From a bacterium (lineage in GTDB: Bacteria > Patescibacteriota > Gracilibacteria > BD1-5 > UBA2023): a stretch of DNA of 64,000 bases. The DNA lies in NCBI GenBank assembly GCA_035437565.1, contig DAOMYL010000003.1, positions 5,596-69,595 of the forward strand. The letters run 5' to 3'. Below the pieces are notes generated by a model. That model was not told where the DNA came from. It did no database searches and was given only the letters and a program-made list of their open reading frames with translations. Below are positions 33,436-45,117 of the stretch, one piece after another. The position numbers and the translations under genes are program-made. Position 1 is the first letter of the stretch. Each line of letters begins with the position of its first letter.

Positions 33436-34521
33436 TTATTTGGCTAGGACGCGAAAAGTCGACTCAGGAACTCAGACGATCTCATTCGGAAGCATAATAT
33501 TAAGAAAATACGTTCCGGGGTCAAGCCCCTCCGGAATCTCCACCACCATTACACGATCATTGATCCTCGTGAATTCCGTGCTTTTGAGAATGTAGGTATT
33601 GTTGAGCTGAATAGAGACGACGCGATCGAATCCGCGTCCTTGGAGTACGAGATTGACAGCATGCTCATTATCGAGGGTGTCAGGCGTGATGGCATGTACC
33701 TCTACGCTGCGATCCGGGTAGTCCGCGAACCGGAGAGAAAGATCCGTAGGGCGCAGGAATTGTGAGTCGTATTCAAGCGCGACAAAATAATCACCTGCCG
33801 CAAACTCGCGAGCGGAAAGCGCGATGAAGGATTCATTATCAACCCGTCGGACCGGTACGCGCCGATCCCCCACAACGATGCTCGACACCCGAAGGGCCGT
33901 CTCCCCGGAGAGCTTCAACAAGTGATCGGTCCGTGGATCGAGGGGCATAGAGGTACCGATTGGGTGGTCGTTTTCGAGTAACCCAACCTGCGGATGGGCC
34001 GGAATATCGGCTGAGCCCGACAGAGAGATGCCGGAAGATGCCTGAGCAGGTGTCTCGGGGGGATTTTCAGATACGATCGAATCGGTGGTATCTCCGGATG
34101 ATATGACCGAGTATGTGAGCCAATCTTTCGGATCGAAAGGAGATTCATTGCTTTGGGATTTCGCCACGACATCAATCCGAACGCCCGAAGCCTCGGAGAG
34201 ATCGGCTATGCCGTCACTTCCGACTGGCTTACCATCGACAGAAACGGAGCGCACTTCGAACACATTTTTTATTTCAGAAAGATCAAACCGAACACGGGAA
34301 GTACGATCTGAGCGAATAATGTAGTAGTATTGGAGCTCATCACCCTTCTGGAACGGGACGCTTTCAACGTATTCAGTATCCCACGAGACGTTACGTACGA
34401 GTGCTGTGACAGAGGTGTCATTTCATACAAGCGAAGCCTCGGGATTCGTCCAGTGCCATGCGGCCAAAAAAATCCCCACACACACAACGAATATGAGAGC
34501 GAGAAAACCGTATCCGCGCAT
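33436..34521 (-). CDS. membrane-anchored or exported hypothetical protein (361 aa)
   Basis: N-terminal TM MRGYGFLALIFVVCVGIFLAAW, followed by a beta-rich body. TGA at 34423 and 33472. TAA at 33436, 5 nt before the next start. Confidence 0.65.
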
Positions 34522-34536
34522 GAGAGAAAAGATGGG

Positions 34537-34962
34537 CTAGTACGCGTAGATGCTCACGTTGGTGGAGACGGTGTTCGTGCCGTCATTGATGGTAATCGTA
34601 ATGGCGTACGGATTCGTTGCCGGGTCGGAGGACGGCGTGAGATGCGTGAAGTGGATGTACGCGCCGGAAGCACTATCGTATGATGATATTGTACCGCTCG
34701 TGGGATTCACGTAGCCATACTGGGGCGTAACAGTATATGTCACCGATTGCTTTTCGTACTCGGTGAAGTGAATACTGTAATTCTGCGATGAATTCTTTGG
34801 CAGAGGATTTACGTCCACGTCCGGATTTCGACCAATAACAGCTGGTGGAAGATTTGCCCCCTGCACGACCGCGGTAATAATAACCTTCTGATTGGCCGAG
34901 ACGGTCCAGAGCATTGTCGCGGACAATGTGACAAGTCCAAGAATAAGAAAAAATCGTTTCAT
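34537..34962 (-). CDS. small secreted protein (141 aa)
   Basis: Signal peptide MKRFFLILGLVTLSATMLWTVSA. Thr/Ser/Tyr-rich beta-type sequence. TAG stop 15 nt before the next start. Confidence 0.65.
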   Translation of the reverse strand: MKRFFLILGLVTLSATMLWTVSANQKVIITAVVQGANLPPAVIGRNPDVDVNPLPKNSSQNYSIHFTEYEKQSVTYTVTPQYGYVNPTSGTISSYDSASGAYIHFTHLTPSSDPATNPYAITITINDGTNTVSTNVSIYAY

Positions 34963-34974
34963 AGTCGATCGGGG

Positions 34975-36177
34975 TTAACGATCGTTCGAACGTGCCATCT
35001 CTCGCATAATCTCGCGACGCATGCGCTCGCGGGACCGAGGTGCCCAGTACAGTATATACACGAGGATTAGGACCAGCACAAGAGCAAACCCGGCAATAAC
35101 GAAGTAGTTGTAGTCGACATACCGCTCCTCGTATCGGATGGAGAATGCCTTGGATTCACGAAATTCGCGGACTTGTTGATCTTTTCCGGCGTAGGAAAGA
35201 AAGAAATTCGCCGTGAGATCCTTGGTGACAGTGCGGGTCTTGACCGATTCCCAGAACTGGAGAAATTTTTTCTGATCCTCGGCCTTCTCGGCGTAGTAAT
35301 CTGCCGGAGTACGGAAAAAAACAGACTTCGTTCCGTTATCATTGAGGACTTGGTAGGCGAATCCTTCCCATGGGGATTTGAATTTTCGAGTGGTTCCCGG
35401 CAGAACATCTCCCCCGACATCGTTGATCGGAAGATAGTCGACAATCTCATCGCGAATGAAGGCTCCAGCCTGATTCATGACCGTCTGTTTGCCGATGCCA
35501 GTAAGTTTTTGGCCATTCTCATCGACAATCTCAATACGTCCGGTCGGGCTCAGGTGGGTGTTTCCGGAGTTGCTGAATGCTGTCTCAAATGAAATGGGGA
35601 ATTGCTCAAATACATCCGGGTACGTGAGAGTCCCGTCAGCTCCAGCAAAGCCAACATTATAGGACGTTGGCTCTCCTGAGACGCGGATCTCCCCCGAGAC
35701 CTCCACCAGCACGAGGACTCCGAGGCGTGCTACGGCAGCAACGGTCTCCTGTACGGGCTGATCAGACGCGAAGAGTGCGGCCCCGTAGTGCCCTCCTGGC
35801 TCGGCGTTCGATGGAACATCGATGCGGATTACAACCTCTCGGGTCTCGCCGGGCGAGAGTGTGAGATTCTTGTCCGGAATGTTGATCCATCGTGCCAAAC
35901 TGTATGCATCGGACACCTGTCGATCGGTCGGAATAAAGGTTGGCCGACCGGAATCGTCGGACGCGAAGAAATCCTCGACCGAGGTATAGAGCGTCTCGGC
36001 ACCTGTACCAGTATTTCGCAATCGGATCGTCCGAGTGAGCGAAGTACCGGGATCGGCCGAGAGTTCGAACTTAAGAGGCGATACCTCTATGGAGGCGAAT
36101 GCTGGGGTCGAAATCATGAAAGCTGCAATCGAAGCGAGCAATCATGTCACAATCAAACGCAGGAGCCGTACCGTCAT
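34975..36177 (-). CDS. cell-surface protein with signal peptide and C-terminal TM anchor; resembles the DUF916/DUF3324 type
   Basis: MTVRLLRLIVT[G]LLASIAAFMISTPAFA signal peptide. IEVSPLKFELSADPGTSLTRTIRLRNTG fold-start pattern. C-terminal TM FVIAGFALVLVLILVYILYW plus a basic tail. The family call comes from remembered sequence pattern only. Confidence 0.6.
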
Positions 36178-36233
36178 AGCGAAAGGTAAGGGGAAACGCC
36201 CGCATAGTACGCATTTTCAAGAGAAACACAACC

Positions 36234-36932
36234 CTACGAATCGAAAAACCTCTTATAGATCATGCGCGAGACGATGCGGAGGGCGTTGAGATTCTTTTGG
36301 CCCTTGCTTAAGGAATACTCATCGTACCGAATATTGACGGGGGTCTCAGCATAGGAAAGCTGATTCCGGACGAGTTCGTCAATCAATTCGGATGCATATT
36401 CCATACCATCCATGGTAAGACGAATGCTCCGGATCGCTTTTACCGAAAGAACTCGGTAGCCATTGTGAGCATCTGAGAGACGGACACCGGAAAACCCCCA
36501 CGTGAAGAGTCGCCCACCCCATAGAACGATCCTCCGGAGGATGGGCATGTGACTCGCGGAACCGAGCGACCTCGATCCGAGCCAAACATCTACCTGCGGA
36601 CGCTCGCGCATACACGAAAGAAAATTCTCCATATCCGCAATGTCCATTTGCCCATCGGCATCAAACGTAACAACATGAGTGATCCCGAATGACTGAGCAT
36701 TGCGCCGGACGAACTCAAAGCCCGTCTCAAGTGCGGCTCCCCCGCCCCGATTGAACGGATGCCGGAGATAAAATATATCGTTTCTTCCCGACAAAAGCGA
36801 CTCCGTCGCATCGGTACTGCCATCATCCACTACGAGCACGCGCGAGTACCCGGCCGAGAAGATCGAATCAATCGTCGACCCAATGCGTTCAGCTTCGTTA
36901 TAGGAACGGACGAGGAAGAGGAATTCTGGCAT
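36234..36932 (-). CDS. GT2-family (GT-A) glycosyltransferase
   Basis: FLFLVRSYNEAERIGSTIDSI, VLVVDDGSTDAT and VTFDADGQ (DxD). Start moved to MPEFLFLV. Confidence 0.85.
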   Translation of the reverse strand: MPEFLFLVRSYNEAERIGSTIDSIFSAGYSRVLVVDDGSTDATESLLSGRNDIFYLRHPFNRGGGAALETGFEFVRRNAQSFGITHVVTFDADGQMDIADMENFLSCMRERPQVDVWLGSRSLGSASHMPILRRIVLWGGRLFTWGFSGVRLSDAHNGYRVLSVKAIRSIRLTMDGMEYASELIDELVRNQLSYAETPVNIRYDEYSLSKGQKNLNALRIVSRMIYKRFFDS

Positions 36933-36987
36933 GATGGAGGGGTCGGTATGCCTGGATTCTATCGGGAACGCGCGCGATTGCAAGCAT

Positions 36988-38658
36988 CTAATTCCGCAAG
37001 ACGATGTCCCGCACGAGTAGCTGAATCCGTGTCCGACCGCGAAAGTTCGTTCTCTCGACCTCGATGACGAGATCGAATCGCACTCCAGAGCGTAATGTCC
37101 GGTACGAATCGCCAAATCCGAATGCAACGATCTCTCCATCGTCCGGAAGGCTCCGGTGTCTGAATTTCAGGTGTTTCAGAGAATTTCCGAGGTATGATAT
37201 TTCTTCGGGGAGGAAGTCTTCGAGCAGGAAGAGTGGCTTTTCATTCCCGCGACCGAAGGGTCGAAACGAATCCACAAGATCAGCGAGATTCCCATTCACC
37301 GATTCCATGGGCACGGCTACGGCCCGGAGAGTCCTCATGGGGAGAGGATCGGGCAGGAGCTCTCCGACCCGCACCGAAAATGCCTCGCGAAAAGCGTCGT
37401 ACCGATCATGAGCGATAGTGAATCCTGCCGCTTGTCGATGCCCACCGAATGCCACGAACCACTCGCGAAACTCCTCGAGAACCCCCACAAGATCGAACCA
37501 TTCTGGCCCCCGGCAGCTCGCTACCATATTTTCTCCATGGGAACAGAGGCAAATCGTTGGTTTGTCGAATCGGTTGGCGAGCCGCCCGGCAATAAGACCA
37601 ATGATTCCATGCGGCACATCCGACGAATCCCAGAACACGGCCGGACGCGATCCATCGACCACAGCAAGCGCGCTCGCGAGGTACCGCTCGGTCTCGCTCT
37701 TACGGCGTTCGTTGATCTGTTCGAGGTCCGAGAGGATAGGATCGAGCGAATCCTCCCCAGCAAGCAGTGCTCGCAAAGCGAGATACGGCGAACCGAGCCG
37801 GCCGGCAGCATTGATTCTGGGGCCGACTTGAAACCCCACCACATCGGCATCAAGCGGATTCTGGAATCGCCCCTCCACCAGTCGTGCGAGCCCCGGATGC
37901 TCGCTCTTCGCCATGCTCTTGAGTCCGAGAGTTGCGATTGTGCGGTTTTCTCATACGAGGGGCATGCAGTCGGCGATCGTGCCGAGCGTGGCGATATCGC
38001 AATAACGTGCGAGCTCACGGCGGACACGGGCCGGATCGTGCGGATAAAGCCGGAGCAGGCAAGCATGCAGAAGCTTGAATGCAACACCCGATCCTGCCAG
38101 ATGCGGAAACGGGTAGGAAGTGCCGGGCAAGCGTGGATTGAGGAGAGCCACGACTTCCTCCGGTACGCGCTCCGGAACATGATGATGGTCCGTCACAATG
38201 ACATCGATCCCTCGGGCTACAGCTCCAGCAATAGTGTCTATGTCACGGGTTCCGCAGTCCACAGTAATCACGAGTCCCACCTGAGCTTCGGCGAGATCCG
38301 GCAGAAAATGCGGCTTGAACCCGTATCCGTCTTTCGCACGATCCGGGAGACGGTATGATATTTCGACTCCGTGTCGGTGGAAAAATCGCACAAGAAGTGC
38401 GGTAGAAGAAATGCCATCGACATCGTAATCACCGAATACAACAACACGCTCATGGCGGTCACGAGCGAGAAATATCCGCTCTACCGCTGCCTCCATGCCA
38501 GGAAGCAGGAATGGGTCATGCAAATGACCGAAGTCCGGCGAGAAAAACTCGGCGGTATCCGCAACATTGCGCGCCACCATGAGTTCCTCGCGTAAACGGT
38601 CTATGGACCGAAACCGGGAGGAAACTTCTACGTGCTGGCCGAGGATGGATCGGTTCAT
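36988..38658 (-). CDS. recJ: single-stranded-DNA-specific exonuclease RecJ
   Basis: DHH motifs VVVFGDYDVDGISS, ITVDCGT and VTDHH, then the DHHA1 motif FGGHRQAAG. TGA at 37951 joins 37951..38718 to 36988..37914. Start taken at MNRSILGQ. Confidence 0.9.
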
Positions 38659-39305
38659 GCTGGATCGATATGATGCTGGTAGTACAGGCACTTCGGACGC
38701 AGTGGGCAGTCTCCACATCGGGGCTTACGGGCGAGACAGCGATAGCGTCCGAAGAGGACGAGCGGGTGGTGGATGGTATGTTTTTGATCCTCGGTAAATC
38801 GACGCTCTACCTCGCGATCGGTTTCGAGCGGTGTCTTGGTGCGTACGATTCCGATACGATTGAGAACTCGATGAACATGCGTATCAACCCCAACGTACGG
38901 ACGATCGTAGAGGACGCCGAGCACCACCTTGGCGGTTTTCATCCCAATACCAGGCATCGCCACGAGTGAATCGAGATCATCAGGCACTACGTCCCCGTAA
39001 CGCTCATGCAGGATCTTCGCCGTGGCGTGAATATGCCGTGCCTTATTGCGGAAAAAATTGACGCTCCGGATCATTGGCTCGAACTCGGAGAGCGGAAGAA
39101 TCGCCAGATCTGCACTCGATCGGACTTGAGCGAAGATCGGCGGCGTAACACGATTGACCTGCTTATCTGTGGTTTGTGCCGAGAGCATGACCGCCATGAG
39201 AAACTGGAACGGCGTCTCGTAGACAAGCTCCGTCCGAATGTCGGGAAATTCTCGTTCTATGGCAGCGAGTATCTCGTTGAGACTATCGTCCTTCGGTGAT
39301 TTCAT
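38628..39305 (-). CDS. nth: endonuclease III
   Basis: HhH-GPD MPGIGMKTAKVVL, VDTHVHRV and the Fe-S cluster loop CLARKPRCGDCPLRPKC. The standard-code stop TGA at 38655 is read through to TAG at 38628. Confidence 0.9.
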
Positions 39306-41109
39306 AGGCGGCACCACGTGAATAGATCGTCTGTTTGTCGGGAGAAAGAATGACCGGAACAATGGTGTCGCACGCAACGATACCAGCGGTAAAGTCTGCC
39401 CGGTACCGGCACGGACAAGAAGAGCACGACACAATAATCCCGAGCATATACGGTCGCCCGGCGAGACGATTCTGTTGGCAGAGATTCGTCGGGAATACGG
39501 ACGGAAGCGATACATCGGAGCCGGTGTCATCGATTACCGGAACCTCAGGGCACCCACGGAGCGAGCGCAGACCGTAGACTCGAGGGCACGCATCGTCAAT
39601 ATTGAGCGTGCCATCATCGTCATAGTCATCGTTATCTCTCACAGAGACCGAGACGGACGCGTATCCCGTATTCCCCACGGAGTCTCGAACCGAGAGCGTA
39701 ACGAGACGCGTACCGGTGGTCACATAGGCATGTGTCGGTGCTGCTTCGGAGGCAGTTGTCCCATCGACAAAATCCCATGCGTACGAATATGGCCCGACTC
39801 ATCCGGAGACAACGGATGAAAAGATGACATTCTCATCGACCATTGGGGAGAGTGGATTTGCCGATACCGTCACGGCAAGTGCATTGAGAGCCCTACACCG
39901 TCCTTCGGTCGAGCATGTGCGCGTATCGGAAGAGCTACACGCAAACCCGGCCGGACACGAACACACACCATCCGCGCAGGGCTGGAGACCGCTCTCATCA
40001 GTGCGGTCGGATACATTCGGACACGCAACCTGAAAATCAGCCGAGGCATCGATGACGCCGGAAGGATCGATCGCTTCGACATGTCCGAGCCAGACCGAAG
40101 AGCAAAGATCAAGTCCAGACAAGCTGACCCCATCATACTCGCGCATCTCTCCAGAGAGACTACGGAGCGTCCAATGATACCGATCATCAGATGCGGAAGA
40201 TACCACCGAGAGAGAGACACTCCCGTTGTTATACTGAGTGTTTGCTGCGAGCGATTCGCTCGCTCAAGCCCTGGATCCCCCTCCCGTGGAAGATCCGACT
40301 CCTCATCCGGCATTGTTTCCGGTGATACCAGGAGCGTCCTCGGTATCCTGCTCCGAGTTCGAGCGATTCGTCCGAAATCGATCATCCGAATCAACATTCC
40401 CTTCTTCACAGAGGCGGGATTGGAGTATCTTGGCAGCCATCCGAGCAAACTCTGCGCGATTGATGTATTCGTTTGGCGATACCCTCCCCTCATCGTCAGC
40501 CGCGATCAACTCAAAATCAATGGCACGCATTGCATAGCCGTACCAGTAGTCAGACACATCCGAGAGTACATACCGATGCTCGTAGTCGTTCGCGTTGCGA
40601 ATTTCATCCCAGAAACCAGCGTGCCGCAGGAGGACAGCTGCTGCCTCTATGCGGGTGATATTGTTCATTGGACAAAACGGGACGCTCCCGTAGGTCGTAC
40701 CGTCTTGGCACGAAGTCCGACCAGAATCATCGAGGACATATCCACGCACAACCGAAAGGGATTCGGCCCGAGCAATACAGTAGAAGTTTTCATTCTCGAA
40801 TCCGACATCGGGAAATACTGGGGAGGTGTACGAAAGAATGAGATTTTGGTCGGGACGCAAACACTCTTCGCACCCCACTTCCATGACAATGCTCGTAAAG
40901 TCATCACGGGCGATGAGCTCGCGCGGACGGAAGAGGTGGCTTCCGTCATCCCCAATGATGCCCTGCTCGTAGAGTGTCTCAATAGATTCGTATGAGATAT
41001 CCCCCGTTGAAACGTCTGTGAATGGAATAGAAGCCTCCGCCGGCGCGAACGACAAAAGTCCGAGAAAGAGGAGAAAACCATTAGCGAGAGGACGGAACAT
41101 TCGAAGCAT
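39283..41109 (-). CDS. secreted SLH-domain surface protein with PKD domain and TSP3-like calcium-binding repeat (608 aa)
   Basis: Signal peptide MLRMFRPLANGFLLFLGLLSFAPAEA. SLH-like FTDVSTGDISYESIETLYEQGIIGD and VSPNEYINRAEFARMAAKIL. PKD YSYAWDFVDGTTASEAAPTHAYVTTGTRLVTLSVRDSVGN. DNDDYDDDGTLNIDDACP. TGA at 40303, 40264 and 39799. Confidence 0.8.
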
Positions 41110-41193
41110 GAAGAAATTGATCGGTATTTTTGTGCTGTCCGGGCAAGTATAGCACGATTCTTACAAAATGAAAAAGAAGCTCAGGTACCGGAA

Positions 41194-43026
41194 TTATTCT
41201 ACGGTCACGCTCTTTGCGAGATTCCTCGGTTTGTCTACGTCGCGGCCGAGCGCAACGGTCATATGATATGCGAAGAGCTGGAGCAAGACTGTCTGCACGA
41301 ACGGCACGAGCTCGTAGATGGCATCCGGGTATCGCAGCACTGCATCATACCCATCCTCTGAGGCCCGATCGCTTATGATTCCAATGACAAGACCCCCACG
41401 AGAACGCACCTCCTCAAGCGAGCTGAGATTCTTGGCATGCAGTGGTCCGTCAGCATTGAGTAGGATCGTCGGAAAATCTGCATCTATCAGCGCGATCGGA
41501 CCGTGCTTGAGCTCTCCAGAAGAATACGCTTCAGCGTGGCGGTATGTCAGTTCCTTGAGCTTGAGTGCTCATTCCAGTGCCACAGGCAATTCGAGAGTCC
41601 GCCCAAGGTAGAAGAAATCTTCGTACCGGGCGTACTGTCGAGCAATCTCCTCGATCCGGTTCGAGCGACGAAGCGTATCGGAAACAAGCTCCGGAATACT
41701 GGAAAGTCCGGAGAGAATCCGTGAAGATTCGGCAGTATCAAGCGACCGGGCATTACCGAGAGCCACTGCCATAAGCAAAAACGTCGCGATCTGCGCGATG
41801 AAGGCTTTGGTTGAAGCTACTCCCACCTCCGCGCCCGCACGGGTATGGAGTCCGGAATCCGTAAGTCGGGAAATACTCGACCCCGGCACGTTGACCACGC
41901 CGAAAGCATATCCTCCGCGTTTCTTCACGAGCTTCAGACATTCGAGCGTATCGGCTGTCTCTCCGGATTGGGAAACGAAGATGAAGAGCCGATCCTTCTC
42001 TACGAACGGACGAGCGTATTTGAACTCGGCCGAGATCACCACATCCGTCTCGATTCCCGCAAGATGCTCGAAGTAGTATTTCCCAACCATGCCAGCGTAC
42101 GAGCTCGTACCGGAAGCTACGATGGTAATTTTACGAATATCGCGTCGAGCAAGCTCCTCCAGAGATGGATTCTCCAGAGAGAGGTTATCGGCAGATAGTC
42201 GTCCGGACAAAACATTGCGAATCACGTCTGGTTGCTCGTGGATCTCCTTGAGCATAAAATGTGGATAGCCTTCAAGCTCAGGAGCATGGATCTCGATCGA
42301 TGGAATTTCCCGACCGCGTGTCGCGCTCATTCCCCCATTGCGAATGCGGTACTCCTGTCGGTCGGCCACGAATATATCACCATCCTCAAGGGTCACGAAT
42401 TCGGATATTTCCGAACCGAAACTGCGCGAATCACTCGATGCGCACGTCCCGTGATCCGAGAATCCGAGCACAAGCGGGCTCCCGCGCTTGGCCCCGAATA
42501 TCCGATCCGGGTGGCGAATGTCAACAAATACGAGGGCGTAAGCTCCATCGATACGCGCGACAAACCGGTCGAGCAAGTCGAGCGTAGAAAGATCATCCGA
42601 TGATTCCCGTGCGATCTTCGCGAGGAGGTTCACGGCGACTTCGGAGTCGGTCTGTCAGTAGAATATAATCCCTTCGTCTTCGAGTTCACGGCGAATCGTA
42701 CGGTAATTCTCGATTATACCGTTATGCACGGCGTAGAATCGTCCGTCTCCCGACCGATGGGGATGGCAATTTTCTTCGGATACTTTCCCGTGTGTCGCCC
42801 ATCGGGTATGACCGATTCCAATGCTATCGAGGCGATTTCATTCGGCATCCAGTCGATTCGCCAAGAGAGCCACCCGACCGACCGATCGCACGAGCGATGC
42901 ATGTCCCGAAGCATCGAGCGTACAGACTCACGCGCTGTCGTAGCCGCGATATTCGAGACGTCCGAGTCCGCGCACCACCGTGTCAGCAGCCGATTCGCGG
43001 CCGAGATAGCAGAAGATTCCGCACAT
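41194..43026 (-). CDS. glmS: glutamine--fructose-6-phosphate aminotransferase
   Basis: MCGIFCYLG Ntn start, RGYDSA[G], [11 protein letters not shown] domains, and C-terminal [12 protein letters not shown]. About six in-frame TGA, including 42928, 42838, 42655 and 41569. Confidence 0.95.
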
Positions 43027-43146
43027 TGTTTTCTGGAGATTGGAAATAGGGATACCGCATGTTACCGGGAAACGCAACGAAGTAAACGGTAAGGAATTTG
43101 CAATGGACGAGGAAACGAGCTACAATGGCCCTGTTATACACTTACC

Positions 43147-43587
43147 ATGGTGCGTATGGCTTCAATCCAAGCAATTATTCCTCGACTCAAAGCCCTTTCA
43201 TTCTTCGAATGAATCTCTGAATCGGACATCTCCCGAATCATGAGCGAAGGAGAACTCTGTGTCTTCGAGGCGGGAACAATCCTATTTCACGAAGGCGACC
43301 AAGAAGTCGAAAAGGCCTATGTCATCCTTTCTGGGGGCGTGGACGTGACAATCGATGGCGAGTCTGTGGCATCCCTCTCGGTGTGAGAAATATTCGGAGA
43401 ATATGCGATCGTCTCGAGAGAGGCTCGAACTGCTACCGTGACAACCCGCGAAACAACCGCATGTGTGGCGATCACAGAAGACCTACTCCTCCACCTCGTA
43501 AGTGAGTACGCGAGTGTCAACGATACGCTTCTTGGTCGTATAAAAGACAATATCCGAAACAGTCGGGGTGTCTTCCGCGGATGTTAA
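43147..43587 (+). CDS. stand-alone cyclic-nucleotide-binding domain protein (146 aa)
   Basis: LKALSFFE[G]ISESDISRI ... FEAGTILFHEGD ... V[G]EIFGEYAIVSREARTATVTT is the cNMP phosphate-binding-cassette pattern. Not in the track because two TGA split it. TAA at 43585-43587. Confidence 0.7.
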
Positions 43588-43644
43588 GTCCGGATAAAAA
43601 GCAAAACGGGGAGTTCCCGCTTTTTGATACAGAGACTAGAAATA

Positions 43645-45003
43645 CTATTCCTTCGAATGTGCTCGTATCCGCTCGGCAACCTCAAAGAAGCGCGCATTGA
43701 GTGTCTCCCGGTTTTGAGCCTCGACATTGAGTCGGAGCAATGGCTCGTTTGATGATGGACGGATATTGCACCACCAGTCCTGGTACCGCAGAGTCACGCC
43801 ATCGCCATCGATACGTTGAGCATCCGGGTAGTACGCTGCGACAGCCGCAATGGTCGACCAAATATTGCGGACTTCGAAGTTGGTCTCAGGCGTACTCTCT
43901 CGCGTATGAAATTCATCCCAGATTTCGGACGCCCTCTTGCCGCTATCCGAGAGGTATCGCAAGAAAACAAGAAACGCGATCAGGCCACTATCAATGCACT
44001 GATTCTCGCGGAAATAGTAATGCCCCGAATGCTCTCATGCAAAAACGATTCTCGGATCCGAGCGCATTCGTTCTTTGATATAGACGTGTCCCACATATTC
44101 CTGCACGAACTCGCCTCCGAGCAAACGAACAAGGTTGCGAGCATCGTCTCCGAGAAGAGTATTACCACATATCGCGGCACCTGGATGCCTCTCGAGCATT
44201 ATTTTCGCGATAATTGCCGTCATCTGCGTTCCGGAGAATATCCGCCCCTTCTCATCTACCACGACCGCACGATCGGCATCGCCATCAAATGCGATACCGA
44301 GGTCTGCCCCGATATTCCGCACGCGATCGATGAGCATGTGAAGTGTCTCTGGATCGAGTGGGTTCGCCGGATGATTCGGAAATGTTCCATCCGGCTCGAA
44401 GTAGAGAGGATCGATATTGAGTCCGATAGATTGCGCAAGTGCTTCGAGCGGCGGGCCTGCGACACCATTTCCTGCATCAGCGATGATACGCAGCGGGACA
44501 AGCGTGGTCTCTCATGCGGCAAACGCCGAAACATGACCGATCCAGTCTTCGAGGATCGAACGGAACTCGATTGTGCCGGATTGCCCACCCAATAGTTCTG
44601 GGAGATCCGACATAATACTGCGAATCGCCGGACTGTGTGTCTTGAAATTGAACGGAACCCCCCCTTTCTCACAGACCTTCACACCATTGTATCGTCCGGG
44701 ATTATGACTCGCGGTGACCATGACAGCGAGATCAATATCATCAAATCGGACACTCGACCAGTGGCACATATCCGTGGAAACAAGTCCGAGGGAAACCACA
44801 TTGACACCCTCGGCAGCGAATCCGCGCATGAGTGCGTCCGAGAGAGATGGAGACGATACACGCGCATCCCATCATACGGATACCCGCGATGGAGAGCGGT
44901 ATCGTGCCAACGCCCGCCCAAGCGCGAAGAACCATGCTTCATCGATTGTCTCGGGATAGACGGCGCGTATATCATACGATGATCCGATGAAAGAAGTATC
45001 CAT
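43645..45003 (-). CDS. alpha-D-phosphohexomutase (phosphomannomutase / phosphoglucomutase / GlmM-type)
   Basis: VSV[G]WDAR, TASHNPGRYNGVK (active-site Ser), GIAFDGDADR, G[G]EHSGH and IRPSSNEPLLRLNVEA. TGA at 44872, 44512 and 44035. Confidence 0.9.
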
Positions 45004-45079
45004 GAAATTCGTTGTTACCGGAAAACGCCCCGATTGTACGGAGACGGAAACAAAATGAAAGATGAAAGGGGGAAATCAA

Positions 45080-45101
45080 AGAAAAAACCCCCGAAGGGGC
45101 T
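45080..45101 (-). terminator. probable intrinsic terminator after rplS
   Basis: Minus strand: a short GC stem CCCC-TTCG-GGGG followed by TTTTTTC. Confidence 0.5.
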
Positions 45102-45117
45102 GTGTCTCGAAAAGCAA

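Noticed and set aside
43027-43146. Possible glmS ribozyme in the glmS 5' region: strings resembling GUAAGGA and GACGAGGA.
   Set aside because: The look-alike strings are on the plus strand while glmS is on the minus strand, and their order is reversed relative to the ribozyme core. No AGCGCC cleavage-site context is present. This is most likely coincidence.
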